From the NCBI GenBank assembly GCA_012295275.1, contig CM022677.1, positions 19,282,001-19,346,000 on the forward strand: DNA of 64,000 nucleotides, read 5' to 3'. The notes beneath the pieces are model-generated. The model worked only from the letters and a program-made list of their open reading frames with translations, did no database searches and had not been told where the DNA came from. This stretch comes from Chrysomallon squamiferum (Eukaryota > Animalia > Mollusca). The position numbers and the translations under genes are program-made. Below, piece after piece: positions 38,285 through 64,000 of this stretch. How positions within the stretch are numbered: position 1 is the stretch's first letter; each line of letters begins with the position of its first letter.

Positions 38285-39825
38285 GAAAAAGAAACGCCTT
38301 TAAAAAGAATTCGCAATTATTTTTGTTCTGAAGACTACTGCATTCATTTTGTGGATTAAACGAAGTGGAACAAGTTGGAGAAATTTTTTTTTTTTTCCCC
38401 TGTCATCCTCCCCTGTTTCTTTTGCTATTGTTCTCAATAAGTTGCCAGATCGCGATGGGATGTACCTGCGACGTCATCAAATTAAAGTGTTAAATAAGTA
38501 TTACAATGGTGCCGTTTTGCTAATATTATTAATACCGTTTCTGTTTTAAAATTTATTTTTTGTTCAACTTATATCTTTGAAATCGTCAGTGTTCATTTTC
38601 ATATTCGTTTGTTTATTAATTTTGTGTGTTTTGGCGAGAATCATGGTGATGCATGAACACTGAATTGACTGATATCTTAAAAAGGACTACCCAATAAAAA
38701 ACAACACAACACTCAATTATCTTCAACTAACCTAACTGACGGTCAAAATCAAACAACAGCAGCAGCTGGGTCCACAAAAACAATGCTCAGCCAAAAGACC
38801 TCTTGTCGTTAAATAATCAATTTCAAAATGAATGGATAAAATTAAATGATAAATTTATTTGTTCCTAAAAGATTGGTTAAATCGACACCTTCAAGACTCT
38901 TTCTTGGAACAGAGAAAAGATGTTTTGTCGCCAGGAAATATTTACTGTTACAGTTATTCTAACTACAGGAGTAAAAGTTACTAATCATTTGGTAATTCCA
39001 CGTTGATGGATATTCTCATATAATATATAAATAATAAAGGATTTGCTTTTGTTGTAAAGTGTTTTTTTAAACAAGGAAGAGAAAAGAAACAAAAAGAGCA
39101 AACTTTCACTGAGACAGGAAGTGTATTGATAACGCGCGTGCAGTAGCAGACTTCAACAGACGACATTTGAGTGACAGGTGACACAGAATGTCTACTCCTG
39201 TAAAATATTGATGTATTTATTTTTTTATTTTTATTTATGTATGTGTATGTTGGTATATATATATATTGTTTTATTATTTATTTATTTGTACATTTTCTTT
39301 TATTTTATTCACTTTTTAAAATATATTTATTTATTTATTAATTTACTGATTTCTTTATTTTTATCATTCATTCATTCATTATTTTCTCTTTTTATTTCTT
39401 TATTATTGTTTTATTTATTATTTATTTACTTATTTTATTTATTTATTTATTTACTGATTTACTTATTTTTACATATTCATCCATCCTTTATATCTTTATT
39501 TATTTATATTTTTTTTATTTACTTTATTTACTGATTTATTTATTTTTGTATATTTATTTATTTATTCACTGAATCATTCATTGGTTCATTCATTTATCTG
39601 TTTAGTTAAAACACACATTCGTAACAAAAAAATCAATTCCTTCAGCTGTGACAGTTGAACGACAATGGCGGAAAAGCTATAAAAGTAACTATTCTGTGAT
39701 TGAACTTAATCGAATGGTACATTCAAATTAAAGCTTAAAGCGATTTTCGTGTAGCACTTTAGGTTTATTTTTTCTTCTTTCTTCTTTATTTGTTCATGAA
39801 TAAATATGTCGATGATGATATGCAC

Positions 39826-39862
<37 letters not shown>

Positions 39863-40080
39863 GTAATATTATTATGGTTAATATTGATCTTTTGTTTCTT
39901 CTTTTTCTTTTTTTTTCTGCTACTATTAATACTTCTACTATTAATAATAATAATAATAATAATAGTTCTATATTAAAAGATAAAACTACAACAACAACTA
40001 CTACCACTACTGCTTCATTGGTTTCTTTTACTATATTATTATTATTATTATTATTAATGTTATTATTATTATTATTATTA

Positions 40081-40141
<61 letters not shown>

Positions 40142-40585
40142 GGTTTTATTGTTATTGGTCTTGTTGCTGTTTTTATGGTTGTGTTTACTTATTTGTTTAT
40201 TTATTCATTTATTCATTCGTTCATTTACTGAATTATTTATTTATTACTGTTTTACCATTGCTGATACTGCTTCTGTTTGTCATACTGTCTTTATTGTTAT
40301 TAGTAAATAAATAAACATGTTGACAGACACAGATAAATAGTTTACTAGACAAGAAGACAGCAACAAAGAGATACAAAAACAGGAAACAATAGCAATAAAC
40401 ATAACAATGAGAGAGGACGAGGGACTGGGAGAAACAAAGGAAAAGACAAAGAAAGGAACACTGAGAGAAGTAATGAGAAAAAAGACACGTAGATACTTAG
40501 AGAGATACAGACAGACAGACTGAAAGTGAGAGACAAACAAATATACAGAAAAACGAGACAGTCACAGAAATAGACAAGACAGATG

Positions 40586-40620
<35 letters not shown>

Positions 40621-41099
40621 GGATACCACGGATACAGACAGAGAAACAAACAGAGAGAGAGACCGACAGAGAGACAGATGAAAATTATAGAATGGAAGAC
40701 AGACAGAGAGACGGAGAGAGACGGACAAACATTCAGAGACAGAGAAACATCATAGAATGAGAAGCAGGCAAGTCAGAGAGAGAGAGAGAGAGAGAGAGAT
40801 TAATAATGACCGGCTTATAAGCGTGTATTGTGCTTTTAAGATGTTCGTTTTCCACCAGAACACATTAATTTATAAAAAGTACTTTGTATGGGCGCTTGAC
40901 AGCTACTTAGATAAATAGTCAGGTGCGACAGAAAACTGGTAAACAGGTAGAACAGACAAAATTAGTTTGATAAATAAATAAATAAATAAATAGGTAGGTT
41001 AGAGAGACAGACAGACAGAAAGACAGATTGATAATTATTATTGTTGTTATTGTCGTTGTTGTTATTTTGTTGGTGTTGTTGTTGTTGTTGATATTGTTA

Positions 41100-41134
<35 letters not shown>

Positions 41135-43049
41135 GCATTTTTTATTATGCGATTTTGTATAAAAAATTAATTTACTGAAAGTACACACACACACACACAC
41201 ACAAAAACACACACACTCGTCCAAATATATACATACACATTTATATACATACATTTAAGCATTCATACGTCCATTCATACATGTATATATATATACATAT
41301 GTATACACACACACATGCATGCATATATACACATACATATATATACATAAAAAAAGCATAGAAAAAGAACAAATTAATTCAAGTTTACCTTTTAGTCTAT
41401 ATAATATAGAAATTATTTAGCATTTTAAATAAAAATAAAACTGATACAATTTTTCTTTATTATATTTTAGTAATATGCGTATTTCAAATAAAACCAAAAC
41501 CAGTTTCATGCATAATTATTAGCTGTAATATATATGTATATATATATATATATATATACAGACGCACATACAATGATCAATGCATTTTTATTGTAACAAA
41601 ATTAATGTATGTGATACCTTTTGTTTGTAACATATCATTACTGTTAGCTGTTGAACGCTGTAATTAAGCAAGAAATCATCACGCGCTAATCGCTGAGTCA
41701 CGTGACATCTGATACGCTGATTGTTTACGTTGTTATTTACCATGTGTCGTCTGTGTGTTTGTGCACGTGTCTGTCAGGTATTGATCAAACGTGGTAACAG
41801 ATGGGGTTTTTTAACAATTCACTTTGTTTTTGAAACGTGTATGTTGAATTTTACGTTCTTAAAACAATCAGAAACAAAAAATAGAGATTGCTATTGGCAT
41901 TACTTTCGTAAATACGTCCATGCAAATGTATTAGAAAACACAATATAAAAGCATAAACATGTATACATATGTGTGTATATATATATATACATATACACAC
42001 ACACACACACATACACACACATGCACATATATATTATATACGCGTACACTGAAGTTGTTGCAGCTTTAGCAATTGAAGATTACAAGCACGCACGCACACA
42101 CACACACAAACATACAAACACATTGAAATGAAAAGTCATTTCTTTGATGCAGACAAATAGAAAGAGAAAGAAAACAAAATGAAAGAGAGGCTGATATAGA
42201 TAGAAAGACAATTGAGAGAGATAGAAAAGAGAGAAAGAGAAAGAGAGAGAGAGTAAGATCAGAAAGAAACAGAGTTGGTGAGAGAGATTTTTCCATCCCC
42301 TTTTGAATGTTTATTATTTTCAGTATCCTGATTTTCTTGACATTATTTATATATTATATTTAAAGATAGGGGGAAAAAAAAAAAGGTTAAAATCCTTAAA
42401 GAGAAAAAGTAGTAGAAAAAAGGTTAAAATCCTTAAAAAGAAAAAGTAGAAAAAATGTTTAGTTAAACGATTTCTCAAAATAAGAGTTTTAATTCTTCTT
42501 TTAACTATTCATTTTAACTTTCTTGGTCTTGTTTTTTTTCTATTTCTTCTTCTTCTCAGTATCAGTAACAGTAATAATGAGATGATGATGATGGTGATAA
42601 TAATTATTATAAGAAGAAGAAGAAGAAGTAATAAAAGAAAGTAATAGATTAGGAAAAACAATAACGAAAATAATTTATTTTTTTTTCTTCGAGTTGTTTA
42701 TTTCTGCTTTTTCTTCCTCTATCTTGTCCTTTCGTTCTTCTTTTTACATTTTTTCTTCTGTTTTCTTCTATTTCTCTTTTGTTATTTTTGTCTAGCAGTC
42801 TTCATTTTTACTCACTTCATCTATTTTTGCCTTCTCTCTTTTTTCTCCTTTCTTCATTTTTTTTCTTTTATTTTAATATTTTTCCTTCAGTTGTCGTTTT
42901 TTCAAATTATGATCTTATTTATTTATTTATTTATTTATTTTTATTTTATTATTTTTTTTTTTTTTTTTCTTTTTAAATTTCAGAATAATGTACTTCTTTA
43001 GCACAGGTTATATATATAACTGTAAAAAGTTGTACAATAAAAACATTAT

Positions 43050-43089
<40 letters not shown>

Positions 43090-43270
43090 CTATTAATAAT
43101 AATAGCAATCTCTATGATGCATTGAAATGTATAACACAACATGACATTTGTTTGACATAACTGACCTTAAAATGGATTGTTACAACTTCGTCATAATGAA
43201 TGTCGATTAGTCATTCAGTCTATATCTATCTATCTATCTATATATATATATATATATATCTATATTTATA

Positions 43271-43303
<33 letters not shown>

Positions 43304-43381
43304 ATACAATTATAGTGTTATTTTAATCAATCAAGCACAGCGATATAGATTCTCGTATCTAAATGTATCCAAAGTTGCCAT

Positions 43382-43502
<121 letters not shown>

Positions 43503-44763
43503 GATGTGAAAAGAGGAGAGTGAAAGTTCTGACGTCACAAACTGCTTGCAGTAAGATCGAGAGTAGGCCTAAATTAGTTTTGTAATAAAGTGAATAAAAA
43601 GAAAGAAAGAGAGAAAGGGGGGAAAAAAATATATATAAATAATAAAGGAGAAAGAAAAGAAGATAGAAAAAGGAGAAAGAAGAAAGTTGCTAAGGAAGAA
43701 AATCAATTAGAAAGATATATTATATTATATTATATTATACACTTTGCTTTAATGTAATATCAAATTTGAAAACTGCATGTGCCCTATGAGTAGTAGCGAA
43801 ATACCAGTTAGATAAGTAAGTTTCTCTGCAACGCGTTTTTTTCCCGTTCTAACAGACGTTAGAATTACAGATTTACACGTCATCTTTTACACAAACTTTG
43901 ACAACTCCGTATCTTTCTTTCATTTCTTCTTTTCTTTTATAACTTTTAATTTTTTCTGACACTCAAGATTCTTGCTAAAAGTACAAGACTTTCAACGAAT
44001 AGAATCCATTATTTTTTTCTGTTCTTTCTTTTTTTTTTTGGTCTTTCGTTTGTTCTTTTGAAACTTCCTCCATTATATTCACTGAATCGCCCGTAGCAAT
44101 TTTCCCCTCTACTCTTATTACAACATTTTTTTCACAGTTGTAAACACAACCAGCTAATACCCTGACTGTAACAGAAACTAGTAACTATTCAAAATTAATA
44201 TTTACATTATATATATATTTTTTTCATACGTTAAACTTTTTGACAGAAGTCTATGGTACCCTCTACAGTTGTGCAGTTATGACATTAAGATCGCAGTACC
44301 CTCCGTAGCTGTGTATTTGATTATACATGTACAGAGTAGACAATGAAGTAGCGTAGTTGTAGTTGCTTTAACAGGCTGTTCGATATTTAAAATATTAACA
44401 ATTGCATTTGTCTTTGTTGTTGTTGTTGTTGTTGGTGGTGGCGGTGGTGGTGGTGGTGATATTATTGTTGTTGTTCTTGTTGTTGCTGTTATCGTTGATA
44501 TTACTACAACAACAACTACTACTACTACTACTACTACTACCACTAGTGCTACTACTACAACTTCTACTACTACAACTATACTATGTTTAGAATAATTTAA
44601 CTTTTTTTTACTTATGTGTAAATGTGTGTGTGTCTGCGTTTAAGCATACGCACCAATGAAAAACAAAGAGCTTAACAAACATCCCCCCAAGGAAAACAAA
44701 CTGAAAGACTAAAAACAAAAAATCATTAACAAAATTTTAACACTATTATTTATCTCTTTTCAG

Positions 44764-54547
<9,784 letters not shown>

Positions 54548-55919
54548 GAGAAGGAAGACACAAATTTATTTTAAAAGGAGAAGAAAAGAAATATTCAAGG
54601 AACACAAAAAATTCAGAACATTTTTCAAAAAATACATAAATACATAACGATGATACGTCATAAATCAATCTTGCATAATTTGAATAACTCCGCCCCCTTT
54701 TTATAATGCATATACATAATTTAAATACCTTGAAATGACCAAACGTTCTTGTGTATGTAAATGAGTCCCTGGTTCATTTGAATATTTAAATATGTTTTAG
54801 AGTTGTGAATGAAACAACACATTTTTTATTAATTTATTTTTGTTTGTTTTCTGTTTCATTTATTTTATTATTATTTTTTATTATTATTATTTTTTTATTA
54901 TTATTTTTTTTTTTTATTATTTTTTTATTAATTTATTAATTAATTTATTTATTTATTTGTTATTCTAATTGTTTATTTTTTTATTTACTTATTTATTTAT
55001 TTACGTATTTTATTTATTTATTGACTTATTTATTTATTACTTTATTTATTTATTTGTTATTCTCTTTTTTTTTTTTTTTTTTTTATTTTTTTTTTTTTTT
55101 TTTTCGTATTTTATTTATTTATTTATTTATTTATTTATTTTTTTAATCATTTTTTTAAATTTCTATTTTTAATTAATATTTAATTTCTTTTAAATTTATT
55201 ATTATTTTTTTTATTATTATTATTATTTTTTTTTTTTTTGTCTTATATACAAGATATACAAGTACTGTACATACATACCTTCATAAACATACCATCTTAA
55301 TATCAGAGAGATATTCAGTTAATTCTGTTGTCGTCACCTTTATACTGGCGCATTTCATTCTAACGTGACATATTACGTTTTTCTAGTTGTATATTTGTTT
55401 GTTTGTTTGTTGTTGTTGTTTTTTTCTTATATTTTTTCATTATTGTATTTTTTCTTTATTTCTTTATTATTATTATTTTTTTTATTTTTTATTTTTTATT
55501 TTTTTTTTTTTTTTTTTTTTCTTTATTTCTTTATTTATTTTTTGTTTCTTTTTAATACTTTTTTTTTTTTTTAAACAATTTTTTGTAAGTTTCTCTTTAT
55601 TGAAGTAACGTTTTTTTGATATCATTTATATTGTGTGGTTATTTTTTAGAATTTTTAGAGACACTAATGTGATCAGAGCTTTTTTTATTATAATTAACGC
55701 TGCATTTTCAAATTTATAAAATAGACAAAAATTACATACATATATACATACGTACATACATACACAAACACACACACATACATAGCTGTACATATTATTA
55801 TTATTATTATAACTACTACTAATAGTAGTAATATTAGTATTACTACTATTATCATTATTATTATTACTGTTATTATTACTATTAAATAAGAATTATTATC
55901 ATTATTGTTACTGTTATTA

Positions 55920-55963
<44 letters not shown>

Positions 55964-56802
55964 TATTAAAACATTTATTTTAATGATATCAGTATATATA
56001 TATTACGTTTGTGTATTACACATACATACACATTACATGTATTGAAGTAATTAGATTCAATATTTGCTATTCAAGAACGGTCTATGCATTTGTATACAAT
56101 TTACATTATTTTGTACCAATATATAATATAAAAGATGATTTAGATAAATAAAGTTTTATATAAACGTATAGTTTTATATTGTTTTCAATAATTCCTTCGC
56201 TTGTTTTAATCTTTTATATTTAGCATTATGTAAATGCCATAATGGTACCGTTATTTTTATTTTATTATTATTAATACTGTAATAGGAGTAAAAGTATAGC
56301 AGTAGCTGAAGTTGTAGTGGTAGTGGTAGTTGAAGTAAAAATAGCAGTAGCTGTAGTAGTAGTAGCTGTAATAGAAGTAGTGGTAAGAAAGATGAAAAAA
56401 AAAAACTGAACGAAAAACTATTAAAAAAGAAATGTTAAAAAAAAAAAAAGAAAAAAAAGATAAGATAGAAAGAAAAAAAACAAAAAAAAACGGAAGAAAG
56501 CAAGAAAAGAATCGGCCGAAAGACAAGACAAAGAATGAATGAAAGAATTTAAAAATAGAGAGAGAAAGATCGCTGAAGGAATAATAGATGAAAAAAATAT
56601 AATAATAAAAAATAAGAATGTGAAAATAACAAATAACAAATAGCAAATGACGAATAGTAACGAAACCTAGCAGAAGCGCAAAAAACCTATTCAGACCTAC
56701 AAACCTGCTTACTCGGGTCAAATATTATATTCCGCAGTTTCTCACCTCGACTATTAACCTCTGAAAAAATAAATCACTTCCACGATTTATCTTCCTTTCC
56801 TC

Positions 56803-57047
56803 TGTTACAAGCACACATTAATTTATTCCTGTGTGCCTCATAATCTCTGTTTATCATATAAGGAAACCGCTGTTTAATTTGTTACAAGTATACATTCATT
56901 TATTCATGTGTGCCTCATAATCTCTGTTTATCATATAAGGAAACCGGTGTTCAATTTGTTACAAGTATACATTCATTTATTCATGTGTGCCTCATAATCT
57001 CTGTTTATCATATAAGGAAACCGGTGTTCAATTTGTTACAAGTACAC
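56803..57047. repeat. 77-bp tandem repeat, ~3 copies (counterpart of 25375-25696)
   Basis: tgttacaag recurs at 56803, 56880, 56957 and 57034. Confidence 0.95.
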
Positions 57048-57529
57048 ATAGATTAATGGGTCAAAGCGACAAAAGGCTAGCGTTGTCGTTTAGGTTCATA
57101 AATATGCTTGCTATTTGAAATAATAATGATTTACTGCAAGGAGAGGGAAAGAAAGGAATTATATTACATATTTAGATCAGTAAAGAAGAAACGGAAAAGA
57201 AATGGAAATGTAGGCAAAGACAGAAAGAGACAGAAAGACAGAGGGGTATATACATATGTGTATGTGGGTGTCTGTATATAGGCACACACACACATAAAGA
57301 CACACATATATAGACAGATAGACAGATAGACATTCTTTGTGTTAGTATTAGCAGCAGCAGTAGCAGCAGAATCAGTGTAGTTGTCGTTGTTGCAGTTTCA
57401 TAACCTCTACAGCAAATATCAGATAAGACGTACAAAGTAATTCAAATAATCCTGGTTATACAAGTTCAGCATTTAAATTAATAATAAAAATTAAAATTAA
57501 AATAAAATAATAAATAAATAATAATAACA

Positions 57530-57563
<34 letters not shown>

Positions 57564-57741
57564 TAAATAATAATAATAATGATATTAACAATAATAATAA
57601 TAAATAAATAATATAGCAATAATAATAATAATAAATAAATAAATAAATAAATAATATAGCAATAATAATAATAATATAAATAATAATAATAATGATTTTA
57701 ACAATAATAATAATAATAAATAAATAAATAAATAATATAGC

Positions 57742-57810
<69 letters not shown>

Positions 57811-58579
57811 AATTAATAAATAAATAAATAAACAAACAACTGTTTATGAAATCTACTGAATTCCCGGATCTAATACATGAAAAGGATTTAAATATTATCT
57901 TACAGTAAAATTGAAAGCTATGCAGTATGCAACCGTACCTTTAGTTCCTTCTCACCTGATTCAATTACAGGTGTGGTCAACAGGTATGACTATCCTCTGA
58001 GATACCAAACCGGAAAATTAAAACATTTTTAAAAGTACAATAGCCTTTTAATCCGTTAAATGATTTCCAGATCGTAAAACTAACCTATGTTACTCTAAAA
58101 ACAAGACCCATTAAAAATCTCTCGCTTCAAAGCCATGAATAAATTACCATAAATTATCATAATGAGTCGTGTTATTTGTGTTAGGGTCAGACGTTCTGTT
58201 GCTAATTATGTATCTTCTTTTTTTCTTTCTTTCTTTCTTTCTTTCTTTTTTATTTTTTTCTTTCTTTAATTCTTATTGGTCAGTTTCGTACTCAGTTATT
58301 TCTCACGCCCCCCCCACCGGTTATACTGTTATTCTTGTAGCTAGTAAATGTTACACAGTACGTTGTTATGCAACCGATGACGTCACCAAAACAAAGCCAT
58401 AGGAACGCCTCTCTATTATTATCCCGCTGTACGCCATGCGCTGTGTTTATGAATGAAATTAGATGTTGGGTCCACCCTGATACGATATTTCATAACGGGA
58501 CGGAAAAAAAAAAAAAAAAAAAAAAAGGTTTTCTATTACGTTCAATGATTACGTTACTGATTGAAGCGATTATTTACTG

Positions 58580-58656
<77 letters not shown>

Positions 58657-59316
58657 TGTGTGTGTGTTTATTATCAACGTATTTCTGTAATCACTGTATT
58701 TATTAATATCATCAACCTTATTTATACAGTTATTAAATTATTATTTCATCATCTTTTAAAACTTACACCTTGAGTCGAGTACATCTGGGTTAAACCGATC
58801 TCATTAATTCTGTTTGCGCAACAAACCGGGCCATGTTACCTGTTCTAAAAATAGTTCTGAAGCCACGCCCTTCATCTCTGTATCTCTCTCTCTCTCTCTC
58901 TGAATACACACATTTAAAAAAAATATATATGTAAACATATCTATGTTCTCACACCTCGTAACGCGTTTATTGTCGCTAAGGTTAGGTCACGCCCGCGCAG
59001 ACGATTGTGACGTCACACCATAGCAGCCGACAGGTGGTCGTTCCGGTGAATTTTTTGTTATGAACACAAAAGTATTCTTCCAGTGACGTCACGGGTAAGG
59101 AGAGGCATTGAAAAAAAAAACCACAATGAACCGGCAAGAAGGAGGAGGGATTTTGATATTTATTATGGGATGTTCTGTTTGCGGGTTACTATGAGAGATA
59201 AACTCTGCAGAGATAACTTACTTGTTGATCCTTCGGTAACTTCGAGCTGGTAATAAACGACTGAGGTTAACTGAAAGTTAACGACAGGAATAGGTAAGTG
59301 TCAGTTTTATTTAATT

Positions 59317-59403
<87 letters not shown>

Positions 59404-59439
59404 CTTCATCATCGTTATTATCATTTTCATCATCATTAT

Positions 59440-59470
<31 letters not shown>

Positions 59471-59779
59471 GATTTGTATGAGTGTGTGTGTACATATATA
59501 ACATATACATAATTTTAAATGATGTTTTAATTTCTTCAATTCTTGTATATCTCTATTTCTCTATTTTAGTCTCATATATATATCCACACACACACACACA
59601 CACACATATATCAATCATGTTTTGGTGTCAGTGTTCACATTTGAGTATGGATCGTGTGTAGTATTTTGCTTTTAATAAAGACACATTACTAGAAAAAAAA
59701 CAACAACAAAAAAAAACAACCGAAAAGTAAAGAAAAATAAAAAGAAAAAAGAAAAACAAAATGAAAAACAAAACGATAA

Positions 59780-59818
<39 letters not shown>

Positions 59819-59999
59819 ACATAATAAAATTAAATTAAAAAAATAAAAATAAAAATAAAAATAAAGCAAAATAAAATAAAATCAGATAAAATAAAATAAA
59901 AATACAAAACAGACACAGATAGGAATATATGATGCTGTTGCTTAATATACAAGGATAATATTAAAAAAATATGCCAAAGAAAAATGTGATTGTGTATCT

Positions 60000-60046
<47 letters not shown>

Positions 60047-60221
60047 GTGTTTTTGGAACAAACAACAGCAACAACAACAGCAACAATACCACCAACAACA
60101 AAACAACAACAATAATAATAATATCTCCTTCCCTCTCTCTCTTTATCTCTCTCTATCTTTCTTTGTCTCTTTTTATGTCTGTCAATCAGGCAGTAAGTCT
60201 ATCTTTCTATCTTTCTATCTT

Positions 60222-60262
<41 letters not shown>

Positions 60263-61338
60263 ATATGTGTCTGTCTGTCTGTCTGTCTCTCTCTATAATA
60301 ATAATAATAATAATATATTCTTTTTTTTTACTAATGTGTCTTTATTAAAAGTAAATAACTACATTCTGTTTATTCTTTATGTTTTCCTTCATCATTAATT
60401 TCTTCTTTTCTTTCGTCTCGTCCTATTTTCTTTCTTTTCTTCTTCTGTTCGTCACATCTTTCCTTTTCTCTTTATCCTTTACTTCATTTCTTCTTTCATT
60501 CCTGTCTACTTAATATAATAATACATCAACATCATAATCATCATTATCGTTTTTGGTACTATTATTATTATTATTATCATTATCATCGGCATCATCATTA
60601 TTATAATTATTATTATTGTCATTATTATTATTGTTATCATCATTATTATTATTATTATCATCATCATCATTATTACTGCATCATCTTCATTATTATTATC
60701 ATCATCATTATGATCATTATTATTATTATCATCATCGTCACTATTAGAAAATTTATTAAACGGCTTCTAATATATATATATATATATTTAATATAAGTCT
60801 TTCAATTTTACGTTTTTGTACCCCACATAGACGGAAATCTAATTTACATATTTGTGCATTATTATTACGTTTATTGTTATTATCAACTAATGAAGCTTCT
60901 TTTTTTTTTTTTTTTTTTTTTTTTTGTTAATTTCCTTTGTCACAGTTTGTGTCGTTTATGTTCCGACTGTCGCGCGCTTAACCTTGAGGAAATAAAAAAA
61001 AAGAGAGATTAATTTTCTTAACAGCAAGAAATAATTAATATAGATAACAAACACGTGCGTATTTACGCAAGCACGTACTGCTGTGAATGTTAATAATGTT
61101 TTAAATTATGAAATTAATTTTTTTTTTTTTTTTTTTTTTTTTAACTATGCATTTGACGTCATACGGCCGTAGGATAAAAGGTTTAATGACTGTGATGTTA
61201 AATAGGTTGTTCCTACTTTCATTCCTTCCTTTTTTCTTCCTTCTTTCCTTATACCGTCTTTCTTTCCTTCTGCTAAGTCTGTTTTTATTGTGACGCTAAC
61301 TGCCGTTATAGTGCGTGTGCGTTAATATTAATTACCTT

Positions 61339-61394
<56 letters not shown>

Positions 61395-61937
61395 TACTTT
61401 TATTGCATTTGTTTCTATATAAATGTTGTGATTCATACATATACACATACACACACACACACATATATATATATATACAAAATACATAAATACATACATA
61501 CATAGACACATATACATACATACACCTACACACACAAACACTTGTACACACATGCATCAACCCAAATAATCTTCAAAACAAATACAACAAAAAAAAAACA
61601 TTCACTCGTCTGTTTGTTCAACTCAAAAACCTTAATCCTTCATTTATTTGACCACATCTCCATCGAGCTTTCAATCATATTTTATTACCGCCCATCCCAA
61701 ACGTACATCCGCTTTTAGCAGAACTAATATTTACTTAGACGAAAGAATTCCAGTCGTGCCGACGATATGACGTCATTCTCAAGTCGCGGCGACAATATGA
61801 CGTCACCGTGAAATCAGACCTAGTTAATCTGACGTGCTGGTTATGAAGTGAAGTGATGTAGACTGATAAACAAACAGACAGACAGAGAGATAGATAGAGA
61901 GAGACACTGTAAAAAATATTTTTGGCGACAGAGTGTT

Positions 61938-61975
<38 letters not shown>

Positions 61976-62154
61976 GTTATTTTTGCCTAAGGCAATAGTG
62001 AACGTGTTGGTGGTATTTTTTTTTTTTTTTTTTTTTTTAAATAATAGGTGTCTAGTTTAGCTTGATTTATTTTGTTCTAGTTTGTTTTCTTTTATTTTAA
62101 TATATTTTATTTTATTTTGCTTTTCTTTGTTGTTTTATTCCGTTTCTTTTTTAT

Positions 62155-62188
<34 letters not shown>

Positions 62189-62373
62189 TTTTTTTGATTT
62201 GATTCATTTCATATTTTATTTTATATAATATCTCATTTGATTTGATTTGATTTATTTGTTTATTTTATCTAGATTTTTTACTATTTTTATTTTGTTTTAA
62301 TCCGAATTTTTGATTATTAAATAATAATAATAATAATTTATTTTTTATCTCTTATTTCTTATTTTATTTTATT

Positions 62374-62426
<53 letters not shown>

Positions 62427-62571
62427 ACTCATTATTTTATTTTATTTTATTTTATTAGTGTTTGGATTTGTCCTTGTTGCAGTTATGTTTCGGTTTTTCC
62501 TTTCTTTTTCTTTTCTTATTGTAGTTCTTTTACGTTTTCTGCATCTTTCAATAGATTTTTATTTTTTTCAG

Positions 62572-62604
<33 letters not shown>

Positions 62605-62661
62605 TATTATTATTATTATTATTGTTGTTGTTGTTGTTGCTATTGTTATTATTGTTATTAC

Positions 62662-62697
<36 letters not shown>

Positions 62698-63442
62698 CAT
62701 CATCATCATCATCATCATCATTATTATTAGGGGTTGGAAACCTGTGGTGTTGTTTTTTTTTCGTTTTCTTTCTTTCTTTCTTTCCTTTCTTTCTTTCTTT
62801 TCTCTCTCACTTTTTTTTTAATTTTTAAAAAAAAAAAAAAAAAAAAAAAATATTTCACATTACACCTGCATTTGTTGACTCCAAAAAGCAATACACCAGC
62901 GTTTGAAAAAAAAAAAAAAAAACAGTTTAAGGTGGAGAACGACAACACCTTACAATTGATTCGTCATAAAAAAAAAAAAAAAAACTTTGCCCATCAATTA
63001 CCGCGATTTTTGCACCTGTCTCTGCACTGTACGTAAAAAAGGTTATTAGAGTGCATATTACCTCATCCTTATCTGCAACAAGCTACGCGGAATGAATGGA
63101 CGGATCACCTTTCGTCGCCATCTTTGAAAAAAAAAAAAAAAAAGTTGCTATTAAGGTTTTTTTGTTGAAGTTGACGACGAGACGATTTACGACGTGCAAA
63201 ACAGTCGCGTCAAAAGCAGACGACGGTTAGACTGTCGATGAATCAGCAGATACTGGCGTAGACCTTTGACCTCGTTTGATAATGCTGAGATGCATCGCAG
63301 CGAGGCGGGGTGGAAATTCATACTGATATGTTATTTTCTAAACCCCCCTCCCCCTCCCCCTCCACTCGCCCGACGTGTTCTTTTTTTGACTAATTCGAAT
63401 ATTCTTGCTAACACTGCCAATTTTGTCGTTCTGTGTGCCATC

Positions 63443-63521
<79 letters not shown>

Positions 63522-64000
63522 GTCGCCACTAGGGGCGCTCGCTAAAGATTTGTCTCACCATTGGCGAATTCCCAGCCTCAAAGTGTTACGTTAATTTATT
63601 ACGTGTCTTGGAACAGAATGAGATGAAATATCAGTTTATTTTGTTAGATGAATTTCTTTAAAAATACTCAGTTGTTTAATAGCCATTTGTAGAGAAGTGG
63701 TAACGCCCGATTCGTGAAAAATAATCCCCTCATGAACGACAACTCTGTATTGTCGTCTGCATTAGTAAACGTCAACATAATAGAAGAAGAAAAAAACAAT
63801 TATCTATTCACGAACGACAACTCTTATTCAGGAACGATTTCGTGTTCATCTATCAATTGAAACAAGCCTAAAACATTTTATCCAACTCAGTATGTCTGCC
63901 TCACGCAAATTTGACAAAAATATCTCTGAAAATATGTTTTTCGTGACTCTTTTTTAAATGAACGTGAAAATACAAATTAAGCGGAAAATGGATTTTTTGA

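Overview
Eukaryotic (invertebrate; probably lophotrochozoan/mollusc, an inference), very AT-rich and microsatellite-rich DNA. Almost every ORF in the supplied track is a simple-repeat artefact, and the real genes are spliced. The window holds two near-identical copies of one locus (1-~32766 and 39735-64000) on either side of a 200-N scaffold gap (38085-38284), most simply two uncollapsed haplotypes. Both copies carry a 10-exon (5'-partial) gene for a single-Sushi/CCP transmembrane protein. It has a candidate 9-nt microexon and a Tyr-rich cytoplasmic tail built from frame-preserving phase-2 exons, two of which are duplicates of each other. Only copy 1 carries a ~7.95 kb cassette (16776-24729) bounded by ~650-bp direct repeats. 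The cassette contains an intact 4-exon TNF-superfamily ligand gene (322 aa), a dead 5' fragment of a TNF paralogue, MULE and LINE remnants, and two minisatellites, one being ~24 copies of a kappaB-like/half-CRE unit ~750 bp upstream of the TNF ATG. A third gene (single-pass TM protein, 35720-37774) is cut by the gap. All gene models were built by hand from splice sites and phase continuity; no database search was run.
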